DNA from: a virus | Lineage: Duplodnaviria; Heunggongvirae; Uroviricota; Caudoviricetes | Strand: one strand, 5' to 3' | Length of the DNA: 19,790 bases | Virus record (IMG/VR): IMGVR_UViG_2872180393_000005 | Location: 1-19,790 of that record | Shown here: piece by piece, positions 7,423 to 16,221 of the stretch | How positions within the stretch are numbered: position 1 is the stretch's first letter | Layout: the number at the start of each line of letters is the position of its first letter | The notes under the pieces: generated by a model | Told to the model about the DNA's origin: nothing | Seen by the model: the letters and a program-made list of their open reading frames with translations, nothing else | Databases searched by the model: none | Position numbers and translations under genes: made by a program

Positions 7423-7971
7423 ATGACCACTCAAATCTCTGTTGAAACTCTCTCCCCGATCGCCCATAACCAGATACCTGTTATTACCACTGAACTTTTG
7501 GCGCAGTTGTACGGCACAGAAGCGATTCGCATTCAGCAAAATCACGCCAGAAACGCTGAACGTTTTATTGAAGGTAAGCATTTTTATAAGTTAGTGGGCG
7601 ATGAGCTTAGAGGTATGAAGCACAGACTATCTTTAAGCGAGTCTGTGAAAATTGCCCGTAACGTTCGCTCCCTCATTCTCTGGACAGAACGCGGAGCAGC
7701 ACGTCACGCCAAAATGCTCGAAACCGATCAGGCGTGGGAAGTATTCGAAAAATTGGAAGACTGCTACTTCAACCAGTACGAGAAAGATCGGGCTACGGGG
7801 AAAATGAACATCGATATTCACCTGGCGATCCGTGATGATAAAACTGCCTTCATCCGAAGTTATGCGCCTGGTCAGCTGGTGACGGTTGAAGAAGCCCTGA
7901 TGTTGCTTAAATCGCGCGGATGGCTGGTAATGCCGCGAGATGAACTTGCCGGAAAATTAATGGAGCTTTAA
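7423..7971 (+). CDS. ORF6N/KilA-N-like DNA-binding domain protein (putative antirepressor-type regulator), paralog A, 182 aa
   Basis: ATG at 7423 with GGAG upstream; N-terminal about 105 aa roughly 75 percent identical to 10682..11239; product family is a pattern-based guess. Confidence 0.5.
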   Translation: MTTQISVETLSPIAHNQIPVITTELLAQLYGTEAIRIQQNHARNAERFIEGKHFYKLVGDELRGMKHRLSLSESVKIARNVRSLILWTERGAARHAKMLETDQAWEVFEKLEDCYFNQYEKDRATGKMNIDIHLAIRDDKTAFIRSYAPGQLVTVEEALMLLKSRGWLVMPRDELAGKLMEL

Positions 7972-7985
7972 CTGGTTAAATTAGC

Positions 7986-8011
7986 CCCGATATGGGAATT
8001 CCCATATCGGG
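7986..8011. promoter_or_regulatory. Perfect 26-bp palindrome cccgatatgggaattcccatatcggg
   Basis: Exact inverted repeat 15 nt after the 7971 stop; no downstream T-tract, so operator-like or a U-less stem-loop. Confidence 0.35.
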
Positions 8012-8183
8012 AGAACATTACCACCGGGGATAAAATGATTTGCGGTGAAAGGGAAGTTAAGTAGAATTGCTGCGGGTGCTTGAGGCTATCTGTCTCAGGC
8101 ATGAACACCAAAAGGCAGATGAGAAGCCCCAGTTAACATTACGCGTCCTGCAAGACGCTTAACATTAATCTGAGGCCAATTTC

Positions 8184-8396
8184 ATGCTAGACACATGTAG
8201 GTTAGCCTCTTACGTGCCGGAAGGCAAGGAGAAGCAGGCTATGAAGCAGCAAAAGGCGATGTTAGTCGCCCTGATCGTCATCTGTTTAACCGTCATAGTG
8301 ACGGCACTGGTAACGAGGAAAGACCTCTGTGAGGTACGAATCCGAACCGGCCAGACGGAGGTCGCTGTCTTCGTAGACTACGAATCCAGGAAGTAA
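8184..8396 (+). CDS. mok: Mok-like reading frame (in-frame N-terminal extension of hok) of a hok/sok type I toxin locus
   Basis: ORF ending at the same stop as hok and extending 19 codons upstream, the arrangement recalled for chromosomal mok/hok pairs. Confidence 0.5.
   Translation: MLDTCRLASYVPEGKEKQAMKQQKAMLVALIVICLTVIVTALVTRKDLCEVRIRTGQTEVAVFVDYESRK
8241..8396 (+). CDS. hok: Hok/Gef family membrane toxin, 51 aa
   Basis: MKQQKAMLVALIVICLTVIVTALVTRKDLCEVRIRTGQTEVAVFVDYESRK matches the Hok/Gef family closely; AAGGAG 9 nt upstream of the ATG. Confidence 0.8.
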   Translation: MKQQKAMLVALIVICLTVIVTALVTRKDLCEVRIRTGQTEVAVFVDYESRK

Positions 8397-8474
8397 GAGT
8401 GACCGGGCGGGGAGCTGATCCCATCCCCGCCCACCTCTGATGTGTCAGGCATCCTCAACGCACCCGCACTTAAC

Positions 8475-8516
8475 CCGCCCATCGCTGTGATCTCTCAGCG
8501 TTTCGGCGGGTTTTTT
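8475..8516 (+). terminator. Rho-independent terminator downstream of hok
   Basis: ccgcccatcgctg...cagcg...ggcggg stem followed by tttttt. Confidence 0.6.
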
Positions 8517-8536
8517 GTTGTTTATTTCCGGTGAAT

Positions 8537-8564
8537 TTGATTCGCGCACCTTCGCAGATAGAAT
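8537..8564 (+). promoter_or_regulatory. Sigma70-like promoter: -35 TTGATT, 16-bp spacer, -10 TAGAAT
   Basis: Good consensus match about 80 nt upstream of the 8646 ORF. Confidence 0.4.
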
Positions 8565-8645
8565 CGACTCACTTAAGTAGCGCGCAGGGAGAAGAGGGAT
8601 GGACCCCGAACAGGGGAGAGCTATTTATCTGGAAGGATTCTGAAG

Positions 8646-8933
8646 ATGAAAATCGAAGAATTGCGTGAAATTTTTAGTGAAAATGGCCTCTATGCTGTGC
8701 GCGTTGAGAATGGAGCGATTGTCAGCCATTGCCGCATTAGATGTTTGCAATCTCAACAAAGGAAGAGCGGTGCTGTGTTATTTTATTTTTGTAATGGACT
8801 TCTGACGGACGGTTTTATTTTGCGTGAGGACGAATTTGTCACATCATTACGGGTTTTGAAAGAGATTGGTTTTAAGGCTGGTTTTCTGCTTTTGCTGAAG
8901 AATAAACTCATCTACAATCTTGAGCAGGATTGA
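8646..8933 (+). CDS. Hypothetical protein, 95 aa
   Basis: ATG with AAGGA upstream; no family recognised. Confidence 0.35.
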   Translation: MKIEELREIFSENGLYAVRVENGAIVSHCRIRCLQSQQRKSGAVLFYFCNGLLTDGFILREDEFVTSLRVLKEIGFKAGFLLLLKNKLIYNLEQD

Positions 8934-8971
8934 ACTCCTGCTGTGTAACACCGTGCCACCGGAGAAAGCCG

Positions 8972-9571
8972 ATGGCACATATACAACTGGTCAAACAAAC
9001 CTCTTCCGGATTACTTCTCCCGGCGACGCCGGAGAGTTGCGATTTTCTGCATCAAATCAAAATAGGTGAGTGGATACACGCAGACTTTAAGCGTGTGCGT
9101 AACTACGCATTCCACAAGCGTTTTTTCAAACTCCTGCAACTGGGTTTCGATTACTGGACTCCGGTCGGTGGGGCGATCACGCCTCGCGAACGAAAACTGG
9201 TGTCCGGTTTCGTTGATTACCTGTGTGAATCAGTAGGCCGGGAACATACGCCAGCTCTGAGCGAAGCCGCAGAGCAATATCTGAATACAGTTGCGACACG
9301 CAGAACCCGTGATACGGCATTGCTAAAGTCGTTTGAGGCTTTCCGCGAGTGGGTAACCATTCAGGCCGGATTTTACACCGAGCATATTTATCCTGATGGT
9401 AGTCGTGGGCGCAGGGCAAAATCTATCGCATTTGCGAACATGGACGAAACCGAGTTTCAGCAGGTTTATAAATCTGTACTGAATGTGCTGTGGAACTGGA
9501 TCCTGTTCCGTAAATTCTCCTCTCCGGAGGAAGTCGAAAATGTGGCCGCGCAGCTACTGGAGTTTGCGTAA
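8972..9571 (+). CDS. DUF1367-like phage nin-region protein (YbcN-like), about 199 aa
   Basis: ATG at 8972 with GGAG 8 nt upstream; recalled DUF1367 motifs (FKRVRNYAFHKRFFKLLQLGFDYW, RAKSIAFANMDE). Confidence 0.55.
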   Translation: MAHIQLVKQTSSGLLLPATPESCDFLHQIKIGEWIHADFKRVRNYAFHKRFFKLLQLGFDYWTPVGGAITPRERKLVSGFVDYLCESVGREHTPALSEAAEQYLNTVATRRTRDTALLKSFEAFREWVTIQAGFYTEHIYPDGSRGRRAKSIAFANMDETEFQQVYKSVLNVLWNWILFRKFSSPEEVENVAAQLLEFA

Positions 9572-9861
9572 TGGTGGATTTACGTAAAGCGGCGCGGGGG
9601 CAGATGTGCACCGTCAGAATTCCTGGCTACTGCAATCACGATCCGGAAACGTCTGTGCTGGCGCATTACCGACTGGCGGGAACGTGCGGAACAGCGACAA
9701 AACCACACGATATGCAGGCGGCGATTGCCTGTAGCTCATGCCACGATTTAATCGACGGGCGGGTAAAAACAAGCGATTACACCAAAGAAGAATTACGCCT
9801 GATGCATGCAGAAGGTGTTTTTCGCACGCAAGAAATCTGGAGAAAGGAAGGTTATTTATGA
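9571..9861 (+). CDS. YbcO-like DUF1364 protein (putative metal-binding nuclease), 96 aa
   Basis: LRKAARGQMCTVRIPGYCN...TSVLAHYRL...ACSSCHD matches recalled YbcO of prophage DLP12; start overlaps upstream stop (TAATG). Confidence 0.65.
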   Translation: MVDLRKAARGQMCTVRIPGYCNHDPETSVLAHYRLAGTCGTATKPHDMQAAIACSSCHDLIDGRVKTSDYTKEELRLMHAEGVFRTQEIWRKEGYL

Positions 9862-10412
9862 TTTACCCAACAAATACAGGCAAAAGCGGGGAACACCTTC
9901 GTCTCACCACGCTGGAAAGTGTCTGGATTCAGGGAAAACTGCGCATGTGGGGGCGCTGGTCGTATATTGGCGGCGGTAAGACGGGGAATATGTTCAACCA
10001 GTTGTTGGCCTCTAAAAAGCTGACAAAAACGGCAATTAACGAGGCGCTCCGGAGGATGAAAAAAGCAGGTCTGGACAAACCTGAACTTGAGGCTTTTTTG
10101 CGGGATATGATCAACGGCAAGCAAAAAAGCTGGCTGGTGCATTGTACTGATGCAGAGGCGTTATGCATTGATCGGGTGATTAGTGAAGTGCTGGCAGAAC
10201 ACCCAGGATTGATTTGTATCCTCCGGCAACGATATGAAGGGAGGGGGATGACTAAGCGAAAAATGGCTGAATTGCTGAATGATTCACACCCTGAGTGGTG
10301 TTACGCCACGTGCCGTAATCGCATAGATGCGTGGTTGAAAATGGCAGAGTTTATGCTCTATCTGCCGATGCGTGATGCATTCTCTTCCGGGGATTTAAAA
10401 ACTGTCTGTTGA
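9858..10412 (+). CDS. Putative late-gene antiterminator Q (Q-like family), 184 aa
   Basis: ATG with AGGAAGG upstream and ATGA coupling to the preceding gene; WGRW motif recalled from Q homologs; stop codon overlaps the -35 of the downstream promoter, the classic Q-pR' arrangement. Confidence 0.55.
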   Translation: MIYPTNTGKSGEHLRLTTLESVWIQGKLRMWGRWSYIGGGKTGNMFNQLLASKKLTKTAINEALRRMKKAGLDKPELEAFLRDMINGKQKSWLVHCTDAEALCIDRVISEVLAEHPGLICILRQRYEGRGMTKRKMAELLNDSHPEWCYATCRNRIDAWLKMAEFMLYLPMRDAFSSGDLKTVC

Positions 10413-10438
10413 CTCAATCTGTTATCCGGGGCTATATT
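10409..10438 (+). promoter_or_regulatory. pR'-like late promoter (module B): -35 TTGACT overlapping the Q stop, 18-bp spacer, -10 TATATT
   Basis: Position directly after Q; core and initial transcribed region duplicated in module A. Confidence 0.55.
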
Positions 10439-10498
10439 CCTCACGCGCCAGCAAAATCTGGCGTCGGGATTGGCGTCCCGGATATCGAAACGGTGCAT

Positions 10499-10519
10499 AA
10501 CCGCGCTGGCGGTTTTTTT
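10499..10519 (+). terminator. tR'-like intrinsic terminator about 60 nt downstream of the pR'-like promoter
   Basis: aaccgc-gctg-gcggtt hairpin followed by a T run. Confidence 0.55.
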
Positions 10520-10681
10520 ATGCGCTAAGCACAGTCACATTCGCGATTTATGGTGGGCTGTGTGGGGGAGTTGAGAGACTCGCCGGATGTTTCGACCGGT
10601 TACGCCAACCCTGCACAGTTCACCACCCAGCGATTGGCGTCGCAGGTGGTGAGTTAAAAACCATCGAAACGCGAGGTCGTT

Positions 10682-11239
10682 ATGACTGTTCAGATTTCTG
10701 TCAAAAACCTTTCCCCTGTTACCTATAACCAGATTCCTGTTATTACCACCGAACTTTTGGCGCAGCTTTACGGCACTGAGCCGGTGCGTATTCGCCAGAA
10801 TCATTATGAGAACAAAGTACGCTTCGTTGAAGGGAAACACTTTTTCAAAGTTGTTGGTAATGACCTTAAAGAATTGCGGGTAGCTTTAAACTACTCACAA
10901 AATCCCATCTCTCCCAAAACCCGCTCCCTCATTCTCTGGACAGAACGCGGCGCAGCCCGCCACGCAAAAATGCTCGAAACCGATCAGGCGTGGGATGTGT
11001 TCGAAAAACTGGAAGACTGCTATTTCAGTCAAAAGGAGCCGTCAACGCCAGTTTCATGCCAGAAAAGTTACGACACGCGAGTTCTCTGTTATCAGCAAGG
11101 CGGTGTCACTGTTTCCACAATTCAGTTGCGGGATGATGATATTGTTATTTCCCTTGAGTCATGGCTGGAACTGGCGAGAGCCAATGGTTGGTTTGTTGTT
11201 CGCAGAGATAAACTGGTGGAAAGGCTGATGCAGCTTTAA
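10682..11239 (+). CDS. ORF6N/KilA-N-like DNA-binding domain protein, paralog B, 185 aa; first gene of the Q-dependent late transcript
   Basis: ATG with GAGG upstream; paralog of 7423..7971 with identical block RSLILWTERGAARHAKMLETDQAW. Confidence 0.5.
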   Translation: MTVQISVKNLSPVTYNQIPVITTELLAQLYGTEPVRIRQNHYENKVRFVEGKHFFKVVGNDLKELRVALNYSQNPISPKTRSLILWTERGAARHAKMLETDQAWDVFEKLEDCYFSQKEPSTPVSCQKSYDTRVLCYQQGGVTVSTIQLRDDDIVISLESWLELARANGWFVVRRDKLVERLMQL

Positions 11240-11333
11240 AAAGTTCTTGCAATTTTAGCCATAAACTGCTTCAATTCCGGTACGCTTCGCAAAGTTGTAC
11301 TGCGAGACGAATAGCAGACATGGACATTTGAAA

Positions 11334-11359
11334 GAGCCCGCTTTATGCGGGTTTTTTTA
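11334..11359 (+). terminator. Rho-independent terminator
   Basis: gcccgc-ttta-tgcggg hairpin followed by 7 T. Confidence 0.6.
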
Positions 11360-11408
11360 TACCTGAAAAACGGCACAGGACGTTAAACGTGCTGGTGGTC
11401 AGATGAGT

Positions 11409-11437
11409 TTGCAGATGTGATGACATATGGTTATTAT
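11409..11437 (+). promoter_or_regulatory. Candidate promoter for the tRNA cluster: -35 TTGCAG, 17-bp spacer, -10 TATTAT
   Basis: Located about 10 nt upstream of the first tRNA 5' end. Confidence 0.4.
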
Positions 11438-11446
11438 TCTGCCTCC

Positions 11447-11523
11447 GGCCCTTTAGCTCAGTTGGTCAGAGCGAGCGACTCATAATCGCCAGGTCGCTGG
11501 TTCAAGTCCAGCAAGGGCCACCA
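11447..11523 (+). tRNA. tRNA with CAT anticodon, Ile2 (lysidine) type rather than Met
   Basis: 77-nt cloverleaf folded by hand; anticodon loop ctCATaa; close to recalled E. coli ileX; encoded CCA. Confidence 0.8.
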
Positions 11524-11524
11524 A

Positions 11525-11601
11525 CCACCACTAGCTCATCCGGATAGAGCATCAACCTTCTAAGTTGACGGTGCGAGGTTCGAGTCCTCGGTGGTGGGCC
11601 A
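11525..11601 (+). tRNA. tRNA-Arg (TCT anticodon, reads AGA)
   Basis: 77-nt cloverleaf; anticodon stem tcaac/gttga with loop ctTCTaa; T-loop ttcgagt; encoded CCA. Confidence 0.8.
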
Positions 11602-11603
11602 GC

Positions 11604-11679
<76 letters not shown>

Positions 11680-11682
11680 TAT

Positions 11683-11757
<75 letters not shown>

Positions 11758-12369
11758 GCGAGATTTGAGACGAAGGTTGTTATTTGCACTGACACAATAT
11801 TGTGTGGGAATGTCTGACTCCTTACCATCTCCTGTTCTGTGATGTTGTTTTGTTGCAGTTCCAGTGCTCTTTTTTCAGCACCAGAATGGTGCATTGTCGG
11901 TCAGGTTACGTAGTGAACCTCTGGCAGGGGACTGATGATTCATCATTCTGGTGTTGTAAATATCTCTTCGGACAACTTACAAAATATTCTAAGCAAACCC
12001 CGGGAACACACTCTTAACTGCCTTGGTTGGCGGTTTTTTGTACAGTGCTCGGTATGTGTGAGCTGGAAATCATATTTTGCATGGACTGGAATCATGCTGT
12101 TATTTAGGGGCGAAGAACTGGCTTTTTCTTCCGCCTTCTCACCAGTAATGATTAGAAAAATAATGAAATGCCCCCTCCGGGGAGGAGGACCGTAGAAAAA
12201 GGACCCGCCAGCAAAAACATTGGGGATGAACAGCTTTCGCTACTCAGATTGCTGGCGGGTAAAGTTCCTCATGAATTAAGAATGCTACGCGATCTTTTTT
12301 AATGGAAATGAAAATTATTGTCAATTAGACGTGCGTGTTTTTTCATACAATATTGGTAAAGGTGATTCA

Positions 12370-12400
12370 GGCCATCAGAGTTTTGCTGATGGCCTTTTTT
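12370..12400 (+). terminator. Strong rho-independent terminator 36 nt upstream of the holin gene
   Basis: 9-bp stem ggccatcag / ctgatggcc, 7-nt loop, then tttttt. Confidence 0.7.
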
Positions 12401-12435
12401 CTTTCCGATAGCACAGGTCTGTCGGGGGGCGGGAT

Positions 12436-12651
12436 ATGTATCAGATGGAAAAAATATCAACAGGCATTGCCTACGGCACCTCCGCCGGCAGTGCCGGCTA
12501 CTGGTTTTTGCAGTGGTTGGATCAGGTCAGTCCGTCACAGTGGGCTGCGATTGGTGTGCTGGGAAGTCTGCTTCTGGGGCTTCTGACTTATCTGACGAAT
12601 CTGTATTTCAAAATAAGAGAAGATAAGCGTAAGGCTGCGAGAGGTGAATAA
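12436..12651 (+). CDS. Holin, phage 21 S-type (pinholin class), 71 aa
   Basis: [10 protein letters not shown]...[19 protein letters not shown] closely resembles S21; dual-start motif present; stop overlaps the endolysin start. Confidence 0.85.
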   Translation: MYQMEKISTGIAYGTSAGSAGYWFLQWLDQVSPSQWAAIGVLGSLLLGLLTYLTNLYFKIREDKRKAARGE

Positions 12652-13148
12652 TGTCGCCATCATTACGCAAGGCTGTTGCAGTTGCTATTGGTGGCGGGGC
12701 TGTTGCTATAGCATCTGTGTTAATCACTGGCCCAGGTGGTAACGATGGTCTGGAAGGTGTCAGCTACATACCATACAAAGATATCATTGGTGTATGGACT
12801 GTATGTCACGGACACACCGGAAAAGACATCATGCCTGGTAAAACGTATACCGAAGCAGAATGCAAAGCTCTCCTGAATAAAGACCTTGCCACTGTCGCCA
12901 GACAAATTAACCCGTACATCAAAGTCGATATACCGGAAACAACGCGCGGCGCTCTTTACTCGTTCGTTTACAACGTGGGCGCTGGCAATTTCAGAACATC
13001 GACGCTTCTTCGCAAAATAAACCAGGGCGATATCAAAGGCGCATGTGACCAGCTACGTCGCTGGACATATGCTGGCGGTAAGCAATGGAAAGGGCTGATG
13101 ACCCGTCGTGAGATTGAGCGTGAAGTATGTTTGTGGGGGCAGCAATGA
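12651..13148 (+). CDS. SAR-type endolysin (lysozyme with N-terminal signal-anchor-release helix), 165 aa
   Basis: Hydrophobic Gly/Ala-rich N-terminus ([20 protein letters not shown]) followed by a lysozyme-like domain; canonical position after the holin. Confidence 0.85.
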   Translation: MSPSLRKAVAVAIGGGAVAIASVLITGPGGNDGLEGVSYIPYKDIIGVWTVCHGHTGKDIMPGKTYTEAECKALLNKDLATVARQINPYIKVDIPETTRGALYSFVYNVGAGNFRTSTLLRKINQGDIKGACDQLRRWTYAGGKQWKGLMTRREIEREVCLWGQQ

Positions 13149-13609
13149 GCAGAGTCACCGCGATTATCTCCGCTCTGGTTATCTGCATCATCGCCTGCCT
13201 GTCATTGGCTGCTAATCATTACCGTGATAACGCCATTACCTACAAAGAGCAGCGCGATAATGTGAAGGAAAAACTCAACCAGGCGACCGCAATCATTACT
13301 GACATGCAGATACGCCAGCGTGATGTTGCTGCACTCGATGCAAAATACCTGAAGGAGTTAGCTGATGCGAAAGCTGAAAATGATGCTCTACGTGATGATG
13401 TTGCCGCTGGTCGTCGTCGGTTGCACGTCAAAGCAGCCTGTCCGTCCGTGCGTGAAGCCACCATCGCCTCCAGCGTGGATAATGCAGTCTCCCCCAGACT
13501 GGCAGACACCGCTGAACGGGATTATTTCACCCTCCGGGAACGACTGGTAATGATGCAGGCCCAACTTGAAGGTGCTCAGCAATACATAACCGAACAGTGT
13601 TTAAAGTAA
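13145..13609 (+). CDS. Rz-like inner-membrane spanin, 154 aa
   Basis: [20 protein letters not shown]... near-identical in pattern to lambda Rz; ATGA overlap with the endolysin stop. Confidence 0.85.
   Translation: MSRVTAIISALVICIIACLSLAANHYRDNAITYKEQRDNVKEKLNQATAIITDMQIRQRDVAALDAKYLKELADAKAENDALRDDVAAGRRRLHVKAACPSVREATIASSVDNAVSPRLADTAERDYFTLRERLVMMQAQLEGAQQYITEQCLK
13365..13550 (+). CDS. Rz1-like outer-membrane lipoprotein spanin, embedded in the +1 frame of Rz, 61 aa
   Basis: [20 protein letters not shown] lipobox and proline-rich body as in lambda Rz1. Confidence 0.8.
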   Translation: MRKLKMMLYVMMLPLVVVGCTSKQPVRPCVKPPSPPAWIMQSPPDWQTPLNGIISPSGNDW

Positions 13610-13880
13610 AATCTTAACTACAATATGATTCATTTTGATGATTGTTTCATAAGGAACAGTGAAGTAAGATCTTAGAGGAGTTAAATTTTATACAGTATAA
13701 TCATAATGTTGCAGCAAGGTGGTTATAATTGAAAGAATATTTAGATATGAATACATCTCATGTAAGAGTTGTTACTCATATGTGTGGGTTCCTGGTTTGG
13801 CTCTATAGTCTTTCAATGTTGCCACCAATGGTTGTAGTGAGGTGTACTGGCAATAGCGGACACTACCATTTGTTCTTTTT

Positions 13881-14699
13881 TTAAGCAGCCATCTGATGAT
13901 ATTTTTCCCTGAAGGCTGCCGGGGAGATATTCCCCAGACGAGAGTGACGACGCTGACGATTGTAGAAAATCTCAATGTATTCCCGTATTACTGAGATGGC
14001 TTCATCCCGGTTATTAAAACGATAGTGGCTCAGGCTCTCATTTTTCAGCGTTCCCCAGAAGCTTTCCATCGGAGCGTTGTCGTAACAGTTACCTTTACGC
14101 GACATTGATGTTTTCAGACCAAACTGCTCCTGTATGACCCGGTAATCGTATGCGCAGTACTGTGAACCTCGATCAGAGTGGTGGATTAGCCCGGCAGGTG
14201 GGCGCTGGCTCCTGAGCGCCATAAACAGGGCTTTACCTGTCAGCTCTTTTGTCATGCGCTCTCCCATGGCGTAGCCGACAATTTCGCACGTATAAACATC
14301 TTTGATGCCAGCGAGGTACAACCATCCCTCCTGTGTGGCAACATACGTCAGGTCCGCCACCCAGACCTGATTTGGTGCTGTAGGAGCGAACGTCTGGTTC
14401 AGCAGATTTGGCGCAACTGGCAGATTGTGGTTCGGGTTCGTAGTCGCTCTGAACTTGCGTTTCTGCTTACAGCGTAGCCTTAGCTCCTTACGAAGACGTG
14501 CCAGTCGGTCACGACCAACGATGATGCCATTCTCTGCCAGCTCCGTCTGGAGCCGCCGGGTTCCATATGTTTCGCGAGTGCGGATATGTGCCACCTTAAT
14601 CTCCAGTTTTAGCCGCTCATCACTTTGTTTTCTGTCTGAGGGTTCATGCTGTACCCGGTTGTAATAACCGCTCCTGGATACACCAAATACCTGACACAT
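13881..14699 (-). CDS. IS600 transposase OrfB (one substitution, W to R, relative to copy 1)
   Basis: YYNRVQ here versus YYNWVQ in copies 1 and 2. Confidence 0.85.
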   Translation of the reverse strand: MCQVFGVSRSGYYNRVQHEPSDRKQSDERLKLEIKVAHIRTRETYGTRRLQTELAENGIIVGRDRLARLRKELRLRCKQKRKFRATTNPNHNLPVAPNLLNQTFAPTAPNQVWVADLTYVATQEGWLYLAGIKDVYTCEIVGYAMGERMTKELTGKALFMALRSQRPPAGLIHHSDRGSQYCAYDYRVIQEQFGLKTSMSRKGNCYDNAPMESFWGTLKNESLSHYRFNNRDEAISVIREYIEIFYNRQRRHSRLGNISPAAFREKYHQMAA

Positions 14700-14734
14700 C
14701 GCTTCAATGGGAAATTGTTGTCGCCATTGTTCGA

Positions 14735-15037
14735 TTAACGCGTATTTTTCAGCGACTCCTGTGCAAAATACGCTGTTGCTTTTTTTAATATATCTCGCTC
14801 AAGGCGAGCTTCATTTAACGCCTTACGCAGTTGCAGAATTTCAGATTCCAGTTCAGCCACCGTGCGGGAACCAGGAGTACCGAGCCCTTTTCTGGCGGCG
14901 GTAACCCATTGTCCTAAAGTGCCTTCAGGAAGGGATAATCGGGAAGCGCCTTCACTGATCGAAAGTTGATTTTCAAGAACCGTTCTGACAGCTTCGGCTT
15001 TGAACTCTTTAGAGTAACGTTGGGTTTTTCTGCTCAT
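14735..15037 (-). CDS. IS600 transposase OrfA
   Basis: Protein identical to copies 1 and 2. Confidence 0.9.
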   Translation of the reverse strand: MSRKTQRYSKEFKAEAVRTVLENQLSISEGASRLSLPEGTLGQWVTAARKGLGTPGSRTVAELESEILQLRKALNEARLERDILKKATAYFAQESLKNTR

Positions 15038-15101
15038 TATTAGCTCTTTCTGATGCCATTCTATTTCAGGAAGGAGTGTCCGTTAAACTCAGGCTACCTC
15101 A

Positions 15102-15657
15102 GTATTCCGTTGCTGGCCGCCAGGGCATCATACCCGACACACGGTTTGAAGGGGTGCTCAGCATCCGGTGGACTGATGCACACCCTGAGACAATAGAACC
15201 GCGGTACAGAGCCAAATCCCTTACTTTTTACGGCATTAACGGCCCCATTTATCACACCCGCTACTGCTACTGGCCCATATCCAGACTGACTGGGTGAAAA
15301 TAAATATAACCACAGAAGATATTATTTACAGAATCGTGGCGAGCTCTGTCTGCAACAGATGGGGAGACCCTGACATTGGCGGGCTGATTATTGCTGCGTA
15401 CCAGGGAGAAGCTGACGGTGATAAAGTCATCAGACTTGTCAGGGGGCAGTCATACAGAGGCTCACGACTGGGACCGGTGGGGATTTCAGTGCCCAGTACT
15501 CCCACCGGAACGCATATAGCATACCCACAATTTTTCATTACGGGATGTTCAGAGCATTCATTACCGGGGTCATATTGCGCCCTGTCCGGGGTGCCGGATG
15601 CACATGTCTCTGGCGCAATGCCCGGGCTTTTTATTCGCACATCGTGAGGAATGCACC
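15102..15657 (+). pseudogene. Possible 3' remnant of a tail-fibre gene, truncated by IS600 copy 3; frame unresolved
   Basis: Position immediately upstream of the putative tail-fibre assembly gene; Gly/Ser/Pro-rich frame at 15294..15647; weak evidence. Confidence 0.25.
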
Positions 15658-16221
15658 GTGGAAATTAAAAAAATCATTAATCCCCGTTATACCGAAAGTG
15701 GCGCAGTAGACTGTGACGTTTTTTTTGACGACAGGGACCAGGCAGTCCCCTACACAGCCACCGCTGATGATGTCGCACCGACGGGTCAGCAAATCTGGCA
15801 GGAACTGCAAAGTGGCAAATGGGGTGAGATAGCCCCATTCACTGTGACACCAGAAATGCTGGAAGCGGCCAGAGAGGCCAGACGTCAGGAAATTGAAGCA
15901 TGGCGCACAGAACAGGAGGCGAAGCCGTTCACGTTTGAATGGAACGGTCGTGTCTGGAATGCTGGCCCCGACTCACTGGGCCGCCTGTCCCCGGTAGTCA
16001 TGCTGGCAAAATCTGTCACAGCACAAACACATATGGCGTGGAGCGATGCCGATAATCAGCAGGTGAAACTGTCGATGCCGGAACTGGAAGAACTGGCGGC
16101 AGCAATGGTGCAGGCGCAGGTCGATCGCAACGATGAGATTTATCGCCGTCAGCGGGAGATGAAAGAGGAGCTGAGCAGTCTGGATGATTTGGCTTCAATT
16201 CGGGCGTTTGACGTCAAGTAA
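15658..16221 (+). CDS. Putative tail-fibre assembly/chaperone-like protein, 187 aa from the GTG start
   Basis: GTG at 15658 with GAGGA upstream (alternative ATG at 15598); the neighbourhood and composition suggest a tail-fibre accessory gene; family assignment uncertain. Confidence 0.4.
   Translation: MEIKKIINPRYTESGAVDCDVFFDDRDQAVPYTATADDVAPTGQQIWQELQSGKWGEIAPFTVTPEMLEAAREARRQEIEAWRTEQEAKPFTFEWNGRVWNAGPDSLGRLSPVVMLAKSVTAQTHMAWSDADNQQVKLSMPELEELAAAMVQAQVDRNDEIYRRQREMKEELSSLDDLASIRAFDVK

Larger units (their letters stand above)
13838..15101 (-). mobile_element. IS600 copy 3, 1264 bp, inverted orientation, without a target-site duplication
   Basis: Same ends as copies 1 and 2 in reverse complement; flanks tac and cta do not match; sits where head and tail genes would be expected. 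Confidence 0.9.

Noticed and set aside
7140-7581. Plus- and minus-strand ORFs across the module A leader (7140..7397, 7208..7426, 7276..7581) and the antisense ORF 10535..10840 in module B
   Set aside because: The region is better explained as promoter, terminator and structured leader plus the 5' end of the ORF6N-like genes; the implied proteins are not conserved between the two copies at the amino-acid level
11802-12586. ORFs 11802..12017, 11935..12195 and 12335..12586 between the tRNA cluster and the holin
   Set aside because: No ribosome-binding sites and low-complexity translations; the last one overlaps the terminator and the holin start in another frame
13610-13837. AT-rich 228-bp stretch after Rz as a possible bor-like gene or small moron
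   Set aside because: No open frame with a start and ribosome-binding site on either strand; the minus-strand frame is just read-out from the IS600 end
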